Assembly: GCA_965213665.1 (NCBI GenBank)
Contig: CBDBZW010000002.1
Span: 48,064 to 112,063 of the forward strand
Source of the DNA: Longimicrobiales bacterium
GTDB lineage: Bacteria > Gemmatimonadota > Gemmatimonadetes > Longimicrobiales > Gaopeijiaceae
DNA: 64,000 nucleotides
Direction: 5' to 3'
Under the pieces are notes generated by a model. That model was not told the DNA's origin. It saw only the letters and a list, made by a program, of their open reading frames with translations, and did no database searches. Position numbers and translations under genes: made by a program. Below are positions 46,461-54,533 of this stretch, in pieces (position 1 is the stretch's first letter; each line of letters opens with the position of its first letter).

Positions 46461-46578
46461 AGTCTTCCCCCGTCGGTTGACTTGTGAGATGGAATCCCAA
46501 CGCAGGAACACGAACGCAGATCCCGTCCTGGCGCAAGCCGTGCGCTGGCTGGATGAGGGTCGAACGATCGCGCTGGCG
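46395..46578. repeat. Direct repeat copy A (184 nt) covering the sufU 5' end, the divergent promoter region and an xdhC-N 5' stub
   Basis: By-eye alignment to 48078-48300 shows one substitution, one 1-nt indel and a 38-nt segment absent here. Confidence 0.9.
46489..46578 (+). pseudogene. Truncated duplicate of the xdhC-N 5' end (first 30 codons)
   Basis: MESQRRNTNADPVLAQAVRWLDEGRTIALA is identical to the start of the gene at 48211. After the repeat boundary the reading frame continues into unrelated sequence. Confidence 0.7.
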
Positions 46579-46904
46579 GCCGAAGCCGCCGACGCCGTGA
46601 CCGGCATCGGCGCGCGCGTCGCTCCGGTCACCCTTGAGGCCCGTATCGCCACGTCCGCGGGTTCACGCTCGGCCGCACCCCCCAAGGAGTCCGAGCCGCG
46701 CGGCTCTTCGGCTGCTACTGGACGCAGAGGCCGGGGCGGCCAAAGGCACCCGGAACGGCGACCAACGGACGGCGGCGGTGTCCGCCGAATTACGCTGTTG
46801 CAGAAAACCCCTCAGGTCAACGAGGCGCTCGCCCCAGGTCCGAACCGTCGCGTCTCAATTGCGCGAGCTCGAGGTGCGAGCTTCGCCAAGGGGGGTCAGC
46901 GCCT

Positions 46905-47363
46905 TCAAGTCCGAGGATCACTGAGGTAATTTCTGCACTCGCCGCCCGCGCCGCCTGGTCTTCCGGCAAGGCGGTAGATGTCGCCATGGATATAGTCCGC
47001 TTCGTTCAAGGCCTCGTGGAAGACCGTGCGGCCAAGATCATCGGATGCGGAATTGATCCGGATTCTGTTCCGAAATGGCCAAGTTAGAGAACTCCACAAG
47101 CCATTCACTTCACGTCCTCGGTAGGTGAGACCGGGAGTCGTGCCAATCTGTGCGCTACCCAGGCCGCCGGCGGCATCCGAGAAAGCCTGGGCGCATGTGG
47201 TGTCGCCAGCGAAGTCGGCTAAACTCACCGCGCCCTCCATCGCCTCAATCCAGTCGTTGATTTCCTCGTTGGTCCACCACTCTGTTGCCTGCCCCTGCCC
47301 GGGGGAAGGAGCCAGGCACAGACAAATGAGGACCGCGCAAGCCGTGCGCGCGAGCCCTCTCAT
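46905..47363 (-). CDS. Secreted hypothetical protein (cargo of the insertion)
   Basis: Signal peptide MRGLARTACAVLICLCLAPSPG. No recognisable domain. The start overlaps the upstream stop (ATGA). Composition looks less GC-rich than the surroundings. Confidence 0.55.
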   Translation of the reverse strand: MRGLARTACAVLICLCLAPSPGQGQATEWWTNEEINDWIEAMEGAVSLADFAGDTTCAQAFSDAAGGLGSAQIGTTPGLTYRGREVNGLWSSLTWPFRNRIRINSASDDLGRTVFHEALNEADYIHGDIYRLAGRPGGAGGECRNYLSDPRT

Positions 47364-47911
47364 TTCTTCCGCACACCTTCCTCGTTCCGGCTCCTCATGT
47401 ATTGCTCTTCGTCCGCCATGACGGACTCAACCATCGTCTCTGGAGGATCGACGAAGTCGACATACCCCACCCCGTCCGATGTACGAAACTCCAGCTTGCC
47501 ATTCTGGAGCCAGACACTCACGGCGACCGTCGGGCAGCAGTCGGCTCGATCCTCCGTGTTGTAAACCGCAAAAAGCACACCCGACTCGTCTGCGTGGCCG
47601 GAGCTCAACAGCCACGGCGCTTCAGGCGAATCTTCCATCATCTCCTCTTCCAGTCCCCGCAGGGCGGTTGCCAGCCGGTGGCTCCACTCCGTATTCGCAT
47701 CGGCGATGTACTGCCAGTCTCCCATGACCAACCTCGCCGGGCGCAGACTGTTCATGTGGGCAGCGTGGACGTCTAACGCTGCTTGCACCATCGCTTCCGC
47801 CGCTTTGCGATCCGCCGCCACTTTCTCGTCGTCGGACAAAGTCGTGCAGGCTGCCAGCACGGTGGCCAGTCCCAGCACGGCAGCCAAGCCCGCATGTTCC
47901 GGGTGCTTCAT
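47360..47911 (-). CDS. Hypothetical lipoprotein (cargo of the insertion)
   Basis: MKHPEHAGLAAVLGLATVLAAC lipobox and an acidic mature protein. No recognisable domain. Confidence 0.55.
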   Translation of the reverse strand: MKHPEHAGLAAVLGLATVLAACTTLSDDEKVAADRKAAEAMVQAALDVHAAHMNSLRPARLVMGDWQYIADANTEWSHRLATALRGLEEEMMEDSPEAPWLLSSGHADESGVLFAVYNTEDRADCCPTVAVSVWLQNGKLEFRTSDGVGYVDFVDPPETMVESVMADEEQYMRSRNEEGVRKK

Positions 47912-48077
47912 GGATCCTTCTCCGCTTGGTGTGGTGTGGGTGGGCTTCTCACGCTCTCATCAATATCGAAGGGTCAGGCGGCCCCGCAAGAAGCAATGAT
48001 CCCTGAGCATCGGACGTGGAATCAGGAGATGCCTGCCAGACGCCGCTGTGGGCGTTCATCGCTTCCTCCGCGGTCCG

Positions 48078-48300
48078 CCGGGGCCGCCGAAAGTGATCGC
48101 GAATCAGAGCCTGGTGGAGTTCGTCGGTGCCGCGTGCCGCCAAAGGTCTTCCCCCGTCGGTTGAGCCGCTCGCCCGTTGCGTCCGCCGCCGGTTGCGGTA
48201 GACTTGTGAGATGGAATCCCAACGCAGGAACACGAACGCAGATCCCGTCCTGGCGCAAGCCGTGCGCTGGCTGGATGAGGGTCGAACGATCGCGCTGGCG
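48078..48300. repeat. Direct repeat copy B (223 nt) covering a sufU 5' stub, the promoter region and the xdhC-N 5' end
   Basis: Same sequence as 46395-46578, plus an extra 38 nt (gccgctcgcccgttgcgtccgccgccggttgcggtaga) in the intergenic part. Confidence 0.9.
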
Positions 48301-48618
48301 ACGGTGACGCGCACCTGGGGTTCGGCGCCGCGCCGTGCCGGAAGCCACATGGTGATTGCCGAAGATGGCGACTTTGAGGGATCGGTTTCGGGCGGCTGCA
48401 TCGAGGGGGCGGTGATTCAGGCCGCGCTCGAGGTGATGGAATCGGGGGCGCCGCGCACACTGGAGTTCGGCGTCACCAACGAGATGGCGTGGGAGGTGGG
48501 ACTGGCCTGCGGAGGACGGGTGCATTTGTTTGTGGAGCCGGTGCCGTTGGATCCGCCGGGACGAGGCGCTGACGCGGGCGCGGGCGGTTCCCGCAATGAC
48601 GGCACTTCATCAACATGA
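48211..48618 (+). CDS. XdhC/CoxI-family N-terminal domain protein (molybdenum-hydroxylase maturation factor, split form)
   Basis: ATVTRTWGSAPRRAGSHMVIAEDGDFEGSVSGGCIEGAV is typical of the XdhC_CoxI domain. Confidence 0.7.
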   Translation: MESQRRNTNADPVLAQAVRWLDEGRTIALATVTRTWGSAPRRAGSHMVIAEDGDFEGSVSGGCIEGAVIQAALEVMESGAPRTLEFGVTNEMAWEVGLACGGRVHLFVEPVPLDPPGRGADAGAGGSRNDGTSST

Positions 48619-48629
48619 GGGAGTAGAAG

Positions 48630-49025
48630 ATGGCCGAAGAATCGCGAATCACATTTCTGAACTCGAACTATGTCGGCAACCCGGTGCGCATCGGGACTTC
48701 GCGGGAACGCTACGAGGGCTTCCTGATGGAGGGCGAGCGCGTGCGGATGGAGTTCAAGGGAATGCGGGACGCTCTGATCTTCACCGATGTGCGGATGATT
48801 GTGATCGATCCGCAGGGAATCCGGGGCAGGAAGGTAGCGTTGGCGTCGATTCCGTGGCGCTCGGTGACGGCGTTTTCGGTCGAGAACTCGGGAACGCTCG
48901 ATCTGGACACGGAGCTGAAGGTCTGCGGGTCCGGATTCGATGTCTGCGAGGTGCGATTTGCGAAGAGCACGGATATGCGGGCGGTCAATGCATTCCTGAA
49001 CGAGAGGATTTTCCGCGCGGGCTGA
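48630..49025 (+). CDS. Bacterial PH-domain protein (YokE/bPH_1-like)
   Basis: 131 aa. ...GERVRMEFKGMRDALIFTDVRMIVIDPQGIRGRKVALASIPWRSVTAFSVENSG... matches the bacterial PH-domain pattern from memory. Confidence 0.55.
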   Translation: MAEESRITFLNSNYVGNPVRIGTSRERYEGFLMEGERVRMEFKGMRDALIFTDVRMIVIDPQGIRGRKVALASIPWRSVTAFSVENSGTLDLDTELKVCGSGFDVCEVRFAKSTDMRAVNAFLNERIFRAG

Positions 49026-49036
49026 TCTCCGCGTGT

Positions 49037-49160
49037 GGCTGACTTGTTCCCCAACGAAGGCTGGCTTGTCCCCATAAAGGCTGAATTGTTCCCATGAAAG
49101 GGCTGATTTGTCCCCATGAAGGCTGACTTGTCCCTATGAAGGATGGCTTGTCCCTATGAA
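49037..49160 (+). repeat. Tandem array of six 20-22-nt units ending at the xdhC-C start codon, forming overlapping mini-ORFs
   Basis: Units: ggctgacttgttccccaacgaa / ggctggcttgtccccataaa / ggctgaattgttcccatgaaa / gggctgatttgtccccatgaa / ggctgacttgtccctatgaa / ggatggcttgtccctatgaa. ATGs occur at 49094, 49116, 49136 and 49156. Confidence 0.9.
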
Positions 49161-49911
49161 GGCTGAACTATTGCGCGGGATTGTCGAGGCGCAGCGCGCG
49201 GGCCGTGACGTTGTGCTGGCGACGCGGCTGGGCGATGGCGCGCAGGTGTTGCTCGTGCCCGGGGACTTTGCGCCCGGAGACTTCGCGCCGGGGCGGGATT
49301 CCCTGGAGCAGGGCTTGCGGGTGCCGGAGTTGCCCCGACGGCCTGGGGCGCTCCCCGGACTGGACGACCACGCGATTGCTGCGGTTGTGCGGGGCGCCGC
49401 TCCCCGCACGATCGACACCGCGGAGGGGCCGGTCTTTCTGCGGCCGTACCTTCAACCGGCCCACCTGATCGTGATCGGAGCGGTGCACATTGCGCAGGCG
49501 CTGGCGCCGATGGCGAAGATTGCCGGATTTCGCGTCACGGTGCTCGATCCGCGCGAGGGATTTGCGACGGCGAAGCGTTTTCCCGGGGCGGCGCTGGTGT
49601 GCGAGTGGCCCGACCGTGCGATGGATTCGCTGGTCCCCGGTCGGCGCACGGCGGTGGTGGCGCTTACCCACGACCCCAGGATCGACGATCCGGCGCTGGT
49701 TGCGGCGCTCCGCAGCGAGGCCTTCTATATTGGCGCGCTCGGCAGCCGCAAGACGCAGGCGGCCCGGCGGGAGCGGTTGGGTGCGGCCGGATTCGCCACT
49801 TCCGACCTGGAGCGCATTCATGGTCCGGTGGGGCTCCCGATCGGCGCGCGCACCCCGGAAGAGATCGCGGTTGCGGTGCTGGCGCAGGTGATCGGGGCGC
49901 TGCGCGGGTAG
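49156..49911 (+). CDS. XdhC-family C-terminal Rossmann-like domain protein (split form)
   Basis: HLIVIGAVHIAQALAPMAKIAGFRVTVLDPRE...VALTHDPRIDDPAL...YIGALGSRKT...HGPVGLPIGARTPEEIAVAVLAQVI. Confidence 0.75.
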   Translation: MKAELLRGIVEAQRAGRDVVLATRLGDGAQVLLVPGDFAPGDFAPGRDSLEQGLRVPELPRRPGALPGLDDHAIAAVVRGAAPRTIDTAEGPVFLRPYLQPAHLIVIGAVHIAQALAPMAKIAGFRVTVLDPREGFATAKRFPGAALVCEWPDRAMDSLVPGRRTAVVALTHDPRIDDPALVAALRSEAFYIGALGSRKTQAARRERLGAAGFATSDLERIHGPVGLPIGARTPEEIAVAVLAQVIGALRG

Positions 49912-50043
49912 CCGATTTCGCTCGGGGCGGTGTTACTGGGTCGGTGGTGGGGCTGCGGTGCGGGATCGCAGGCGGCGGGCCGGAACGGAGCAGGCCGAAG
50001 CCGGACGGGGAGAGCCGGAGCGCGTTGGGGGAGGGGCCAGCCG

Positions 50044-51492
50044 TCAGAGTCGCGGCGGCGTCCCGAGTCGTTCCAGGTTGGTGCCCAGAACCTCTTCCAC
50101 CGCAACGGCGCGGTCGAGCAGGGCGTGGTCGCCATGGCTTCGCCCGATGAGTTGCAAACCCACAGGCATGCGCGCGTCGTCCAGGCCGGTCGGCAGACTC
50201 ACCGCGCACATGTCGAGCATGCTCGCCGGACCGGTTCGCGAGAGCATGGCCTGGTTGACGGCGCGGTAGGCGTCGAGTTCGGCCAGGGAAGCCAGCGTCG
50301 GTGGGGTGAGGGGCAGGGTGGGCGCGGCCAGCAACTCGATTCGGTGGGTGGCCATGCGGTTCTGCAGCCGCGCCGAGAGACGTTGCCGCAGACGAAGCAC
50401 GCCGATGTAGTCGACGGCGGTCACGGTGGGCGCGGCCTCGAGGCGCTTCCCGACGGTCGCGTCCAGCACTGTGCTCACCCCGGGCAGATCGCGCTCCAGC
50501 GATTCGAATCGTTCCGGCTGAACCAGAATCCCGTTCAGGTAGCGCTCCCCGGCCTCGCGCAGCTCGGGCGCCTCGAAATCGATCAGCTCGGCCCCGGCTT
50601 CCTCCAGCTCGGCCAGCGCGCGCTCCAGCACCGCGACGATGTCCCCCTGCACATCGTGCCAGATTCCCGCGCGGGGAACGCCGATGCGCAGTCCGGTCAG
50701 CGTCCGGGTCGGTGAAGGGTGCGCGTGGTCCGGGTGCGGCCCCGCCCGCCTGGCCATTGCCTCGCCCGCCAGCGCGTCAACCAGAGCGAAGACGTGGCGC
50801 GAATCGGCGGCGGTGCGCGTCAGCAGTCCCACCGTGTCCAGAGTGGTCGACAGGGGAACCACGCCGGTGGTGGGCCAGCGTCCCGTGGTATGGCGGTGAC
50901 CCACGACCCCCGTCGCCGACGCCGGAATGCGGACCGATCCCCCGGTGTCGCTTCCCAGTGCGATCAGCGCCGATCCTTCCCACAGACTCACGCCCGCCCC
51001 CGACGACGATCCGCCCGGGGCGCGGTGCTCGGCCGGGTCCCACGGATTGACCGGCGTTCCCGTGTTGGGGTTGAGTCCCACGCCACCAAAGGCCAGCTCG
51101 ACCGTGTGCGTCTTGCCGACGATCACCGCGCCCAGATCCCGCAGCGCGCGCACCAGAAAACCCTCGTGTTGCCAGCGTGCGGGCAGCTCCCGCCTGGTTC
51201 CCGCACGGATGGGGAGGCCCTGGACGCCGTAGAGATCCTTGACCGAAACGGTGATTCCGGCGAGCGGGCCGGGGTCGATTCCCCGCGCGACCGAAGCATC
51301 GATGGCATCGGCCTGGGCGAGCGCACCCTCCGCGTCGAAGACGATGTAGGCGTCGAGGCTGGTCCCGTCGTGACGCGCGGCGTTGTGGCGTGCGATGGCG
51401 TCCGCAGCGAGGGAACGGGCGGTGACGGCACCCTCGCGAACGGACTCGGCGATTTGCGCGATCGGGGGCCGGGCAATGGCTGAATGGGTCAT
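50044..51492 (-). CDS. Amidase-signature family enzyme
   Basis: GGSSSGAGVS amidase signature. Start chosen at MTHSAIARPP...; the upstream part of the listed ORF is unlikely to be coding. Confidence 0.8.
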   Translation of the reverse strand: MTHSAIARPPIAQIAESVREGAVTARSLAADAIARHNAARHDGTSLDAYIVFDAEGALAQADAIDASVARGIDPGPLAGITVSVKDLYGVQGLPIRAGTRRELPARWQHEGFLVRALRDLGAVIVGKTHTVELAFGGVGLNPNTGTPVNPWDPAEHRAPGGSSSGAGVSLWEGSALIALGSDTGGSVRIPASATGVVGHRHTTGRWPTTGVVPLSTTLDTVGLLTRTAADSRHVFALVDALAGEAMARRAGPHPDHAHPSPTRTLTGLRIGVPRAGIWHDVQGDIVAVLERALAELEEAGAELIDFEAPELREAGERYLNGILVQPERFESLERDLPGVSTVLDATVGKRLEAAPTVTAVDYIGVLRLRQRLSARLQNRMATHRIELLAAPTLPLTPPTLASLAELDAYRAVNQAMLSRTGPASMLDMCAVSLPTGLDDARMPVGLQLIGRSHGDHALLDRAVAVEEVLGTNLERLGTPPRL

Positions 51493-51743
51493 CCTGGGGA
51501 ATCCCGGGTTAGGGGTCAGGGGATGTACGAGGCGGGCTGGAGACCGGACCCAGAGCGGCCAACTCGTAGCTGCCAGGCGGGGATAGTCCCAATATGGGGG
51601 AATTTGTCGTCCGGCTGGGCGACGCGCCCGATCTCTCCCGAACCCGTAGCTTTCAACGCGGGTCCGGACGACGCACCCACAACCCGTCTCGATCCCCGGG
51701 CTTCGAATCCACCTTAGCCGCCGCGCGAAGGAATCCACGCATC

Positions 51744-52973
51744 GTGACCCGTTCAATCCCCGATCCTGCGAACGCTTCTCGTGGTCCCAGAGAGACCGGC
51801 GCGCCCCTCTTCCCCCGGCCGATTGTCGTCGTCAGCGAGTGTCTTGAGTTCGAGCCCTGTCGCTACAATGGCGCAACGATTCGCTTTGACCTGATCCGCG
51901 CACTGGAGCCCTTTGTCGAATACCGGCGCGTCTGTCCCGAAGTGGGAATCGGGCTGGGAATTCCGCGCGATCCGATCCGAATTGTGGCCCGGGAGGGTGG
52001 GCGGCGTCTGGTGCAGCCGGCGACGGGACGCGATCTCACAGCGGCGATGGAGCGCTTTGCGGCCGAGTTCGTGAGTAGCGTAGGCGAGGTAGACGGGTTC
52101 ATTCTGAAGTCGCGCAGTCCGAGTTGCGGGCTGGCCGGAGTGAAGGTGTTGGCCGGGCCGGAATCGGGACGGGTGGTGGAGCGGGGGGCGGGGTTCTTCG
52201 CGGCGGCGGTGGCGGCGCGATTTGGCGATCTGGCGATTGCGGACGAGGCCCAGCTCCGCGACGAGCGAATCCGGGAGCACCTTCTGACACAGCTCTTTGC
52301 CTTTGCCCGGCTGCGTCAGGTTGCGGCGGGCGGAACAATGGCCGATCTGGTCCGGTTTCATGCCTCGCACAAGTTCCTGCTCCTGGCCAGCGACGAACGG
52401 CGTTACCGAGAGTTGGGAAGGATTGTGGGCGGAGACGCGGGCTCGCGCGGAGGAATCACGGCGAGAAGAGCTACGGCCCAGCGGATCGGGGGCGAGCCCA
52501 CTGCGGCTATGAAACATGGACAGGCGGAGGACTTTCTGGCCATTGCGGCGGGTTACCGAACGCTCTTCCACCGGGCGCTGCAAGATCCGCCACGGAACGG
52601 TCCGCTCGTCAACGCCTTCGAGCACATCTTCGGTTTTCTGAGCCAGGGACTATCCGCCGCCGAGCGCATCCGTTATCGCACGCGGCTGGAGGGGTTTCGG
52701 ACGGGGGAACTTCCAGAGAGCGAGGTCACCTCCCTGCTGCGATCGTGGGCGCGGCGGCTCGGTTCCGACTACATATTGGGCCAGGCGATCCTGACGCCTT
52801 TTCCTCCGGCGCTCGCGCGGCCGCCCCTTCCTCCGACACGTAGCGGCCATGGTCCGGCAAGCAAGCCTTCGCCCGGCCAAATCCGGGTTCCGCGAGTGAC
52901 CCGAGACGAACCACGCGCAGGACATCGGCGTCCGACTTCTGGTAGATCGGCGACAACTCCGGCTGTCGGATGA
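51744..52973 (+). CDS. DUF523-DUF1722 fusion protein (YbgA-like)
   Basis: PIVVVSECLEFEPCRYNG...ILKSRSPSCG (DUF523), then ...FHASHKFLLLASDERRYRELG...LLRSWARRLGSDYILGQ (DUF1722). GTG 51744 is proposed as start. A long Pro/Arg-rich tail may be read-through. Confidence 0.65.
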   Translation: MTRSIPDPANASRGPRETGAPLFPRPIVVVSECLEFEPCRYNGATIRFDLIRALEPFVEYRRVCPEVGIGLGIPRDPIRIVAREGGRRLVQPATGRDLTAAMERFAAEFVSSVGEVDGFILKSRSPSCGLAGVKVLAGPESGRVVERGAGFFAAAVAARFGDLAIADEAQLRDERIREHLLTQLFAFARLRQVAAGGTMADLVRFHASHKFLLLASDERRYRELGRIVGGDAGSRGGITARRATAQRIGGEPTAAMKHGQAEDFLAIAAGYRTLFHRALQDPPRNGPLVNAFEHIFGFLSQGLSAAERIRYRTRLEGFRTGELPESEVTSLLRSWARRLGSDYILGQAILTPFPPALARPPLPPTRSGHGPASKPSPGQIRVPRVTRDEPRAGHRRPTSGRSATTPAVG

Positions 52974-53242
52974 CAGCTCCGGTGGTCGGCCCACTCGCCA
53001 CTCAACGTCATCCCCGGCGGGCGGGCCAGGAACGGCGTGGAGCGGCCGGCGCCCGTTGCAATCCCTCCACCGATCTTGCGCCACCGGCTCCCTGGCCGAA
53101 GACTGTTCCCAAGGCGATACGACTCCACGGCGATACGACCGTTCTCACCGATGCCGCCCCGCAATCGCAGTCGGTCATTCGCGGTCCGCCTTCACTCCTC
53201 AACGCGCCTTCACTCTTCATGCGCCCCTACCGGACGAACGCA

Positions 53243-54391
53243 ATGAATCCCACCCGCCGCACCTTCCTCGCCACCTCCGCCGCAACTGCGGGAGCCGCCG
53301 CCTTCGGATCCGCGCCCGCGCTGGCCAGCCCCGCCCCACCCCGCCACCCCTTTCCCCCGACTCCGTCCCCAATCCCCCCGCCCTACCCCGACCCCGCCCC
53401 ACCCCGCCCCCTCGACATCCTCATCCTGGGCGGCACCGGGTTCATCGGGCCCCATCAGGTGCGGTACGCCATGTATCGCGGCCACCAGGTCAGCATCTTC
53501 AACCGCGGCCGCACCGCCCCCGATCTCTTCCCCGGCGTCGAGACGCTGATCGGCGACCGCGACGGCCAGCTCGACGCCCTGCGCGGCCGCACCTGGGACG
53601 CCGTCATCGACAACAGCGGCTACGTGCCCCGTCATGTGCGCGATTCCGCCCAACTCCTGCGCGATTCCGTGGGCCGCTACCTCTTCACCTCCACCGGATC
53701 GGTCTACAGCTTCGACCAGGACGAGATCACCGAGGACGGCGAGCTGCTTCCCATCGAGGACCCCGAGAGCGAGGACGCCAACCGCTACTACGGTCCGCTC
53801 AAGATCCTTTGCGAGAACGCGGTCACCGACACCTTCCGCGAGCGCGGCACCGTCTTCCGCCTGCATGTCGTGGCGGGTCCCGGCGACACCACCGACCGCT
53901 TCACCTGGTGGCCCGTCCGGATCGACCACGGCGGCGAAATCATCGCGCCCGGCAGCCCGGACACCCCCGTCCAATTTATCGATGTGCGCGACCTGGCCGA
54001 GTTCATGATCCTGGCGCTCGAGCGCGACATCGGCGGCACCTTCAACACGGCCGGCCCCGCGCTCGACCCCACCTCCATGGCCGAATTCCTCTACGGCGTC
54101 CGCGCTATCACCAGCGCCCAGCTCAGCTTCACCTGGGTGGACGAGCAGTTCCTGATGGACAGGGAGGCGCGCTTCCAGTTGTGGTATCCACCGGCCGACG
54201 GTCCTGCTCGGGGAATTTCAAATGTCCGGTCGCACAAAGCCGTCGCCGCCGGACTCAAGTTCCGGCCCCTGGCGGTCACCGCGCGCGATACCCTGGACTG
54301 GTTCAACGCCCAGCCCGAGGAACGACGCAATCAGCTTCAGCTCAACCTGGAGCGCGACCGACAGATCCTGGAGGAGTGGAAGGCACGCTGA
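53243..54391 (+). CDS. NAD-dependent epimerase/dehydratase-family protein with a Tat signal
   Basis: Tat-type signal MNPTRRTFLATSAATAGAAAF, a Pro-rich linker, then ILILGGTGFIGPH Rossmann motif. An alternative ATG lies at 53219. Confidence 0.7.
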   Translation: MNPTRRTFLATSAATAGAAAFGSAPALASPAPPRHPFPPTPSPIPPPYPDPAPPRPLDILILGGTGFIGPHQVRYAMYRGHQVSIFNRGRTAPDLFPGVETLIGDRDGQLDALRGRTWDAVIDNSGYVPRHVRDSAQLLRDSVGRYLFTSTGSVYSFDQDEITEDGELLPIEDPESEDANRYYGPLKILCENAVTDTFRERGTVFRLHVVAGPGDTTDRFTWWPVRIDHGGEIIAPGSPDTPVQFIDVRDLAEFMILALERDIGGTFNTAGPALDPTSMAEFLYGVRAITSAQLSFTWVDEQFLMDREARFQLWYPPADGPARGISNVRSHKAVAAGLKFRPLAVTARDTLDWFNAQPEERRNQLQLNLERDRQILEEWKAR

Positions 54392-54533
54392 CTTGACATA
54401 ACGCGTTCCACCCTGGTCACTCCACCCGATGCCCTGAACACGCGTCGACAAGAACCCACAGCTTGACATAACACCCGCGCCGTGCTGGGCCCATCCGCCA
54501 ACCTCATGACCGGCTTCACGAAACAGGCGCCCC

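Noticed and set aside
46579-46904. Possible small gene or tRNA in the left part of the insertion
   Set aside because: ORF 46444-46929 is only the duplicated xdhC stub fused to low-complexity sequence. I could not fold any cloverleaf from the GGTCCGAACC-containing stretch.
51697-51710. tRNA-like GGGCTTCGAATCC (T-loop-like) in the amidase/ybgA intergenic region
   Set aside because: The flanking bases cannot form a T-stem, and no acceptor, D or anticodon arms can be drawn. It is not a tRNA or an obvious tRNA fragment.
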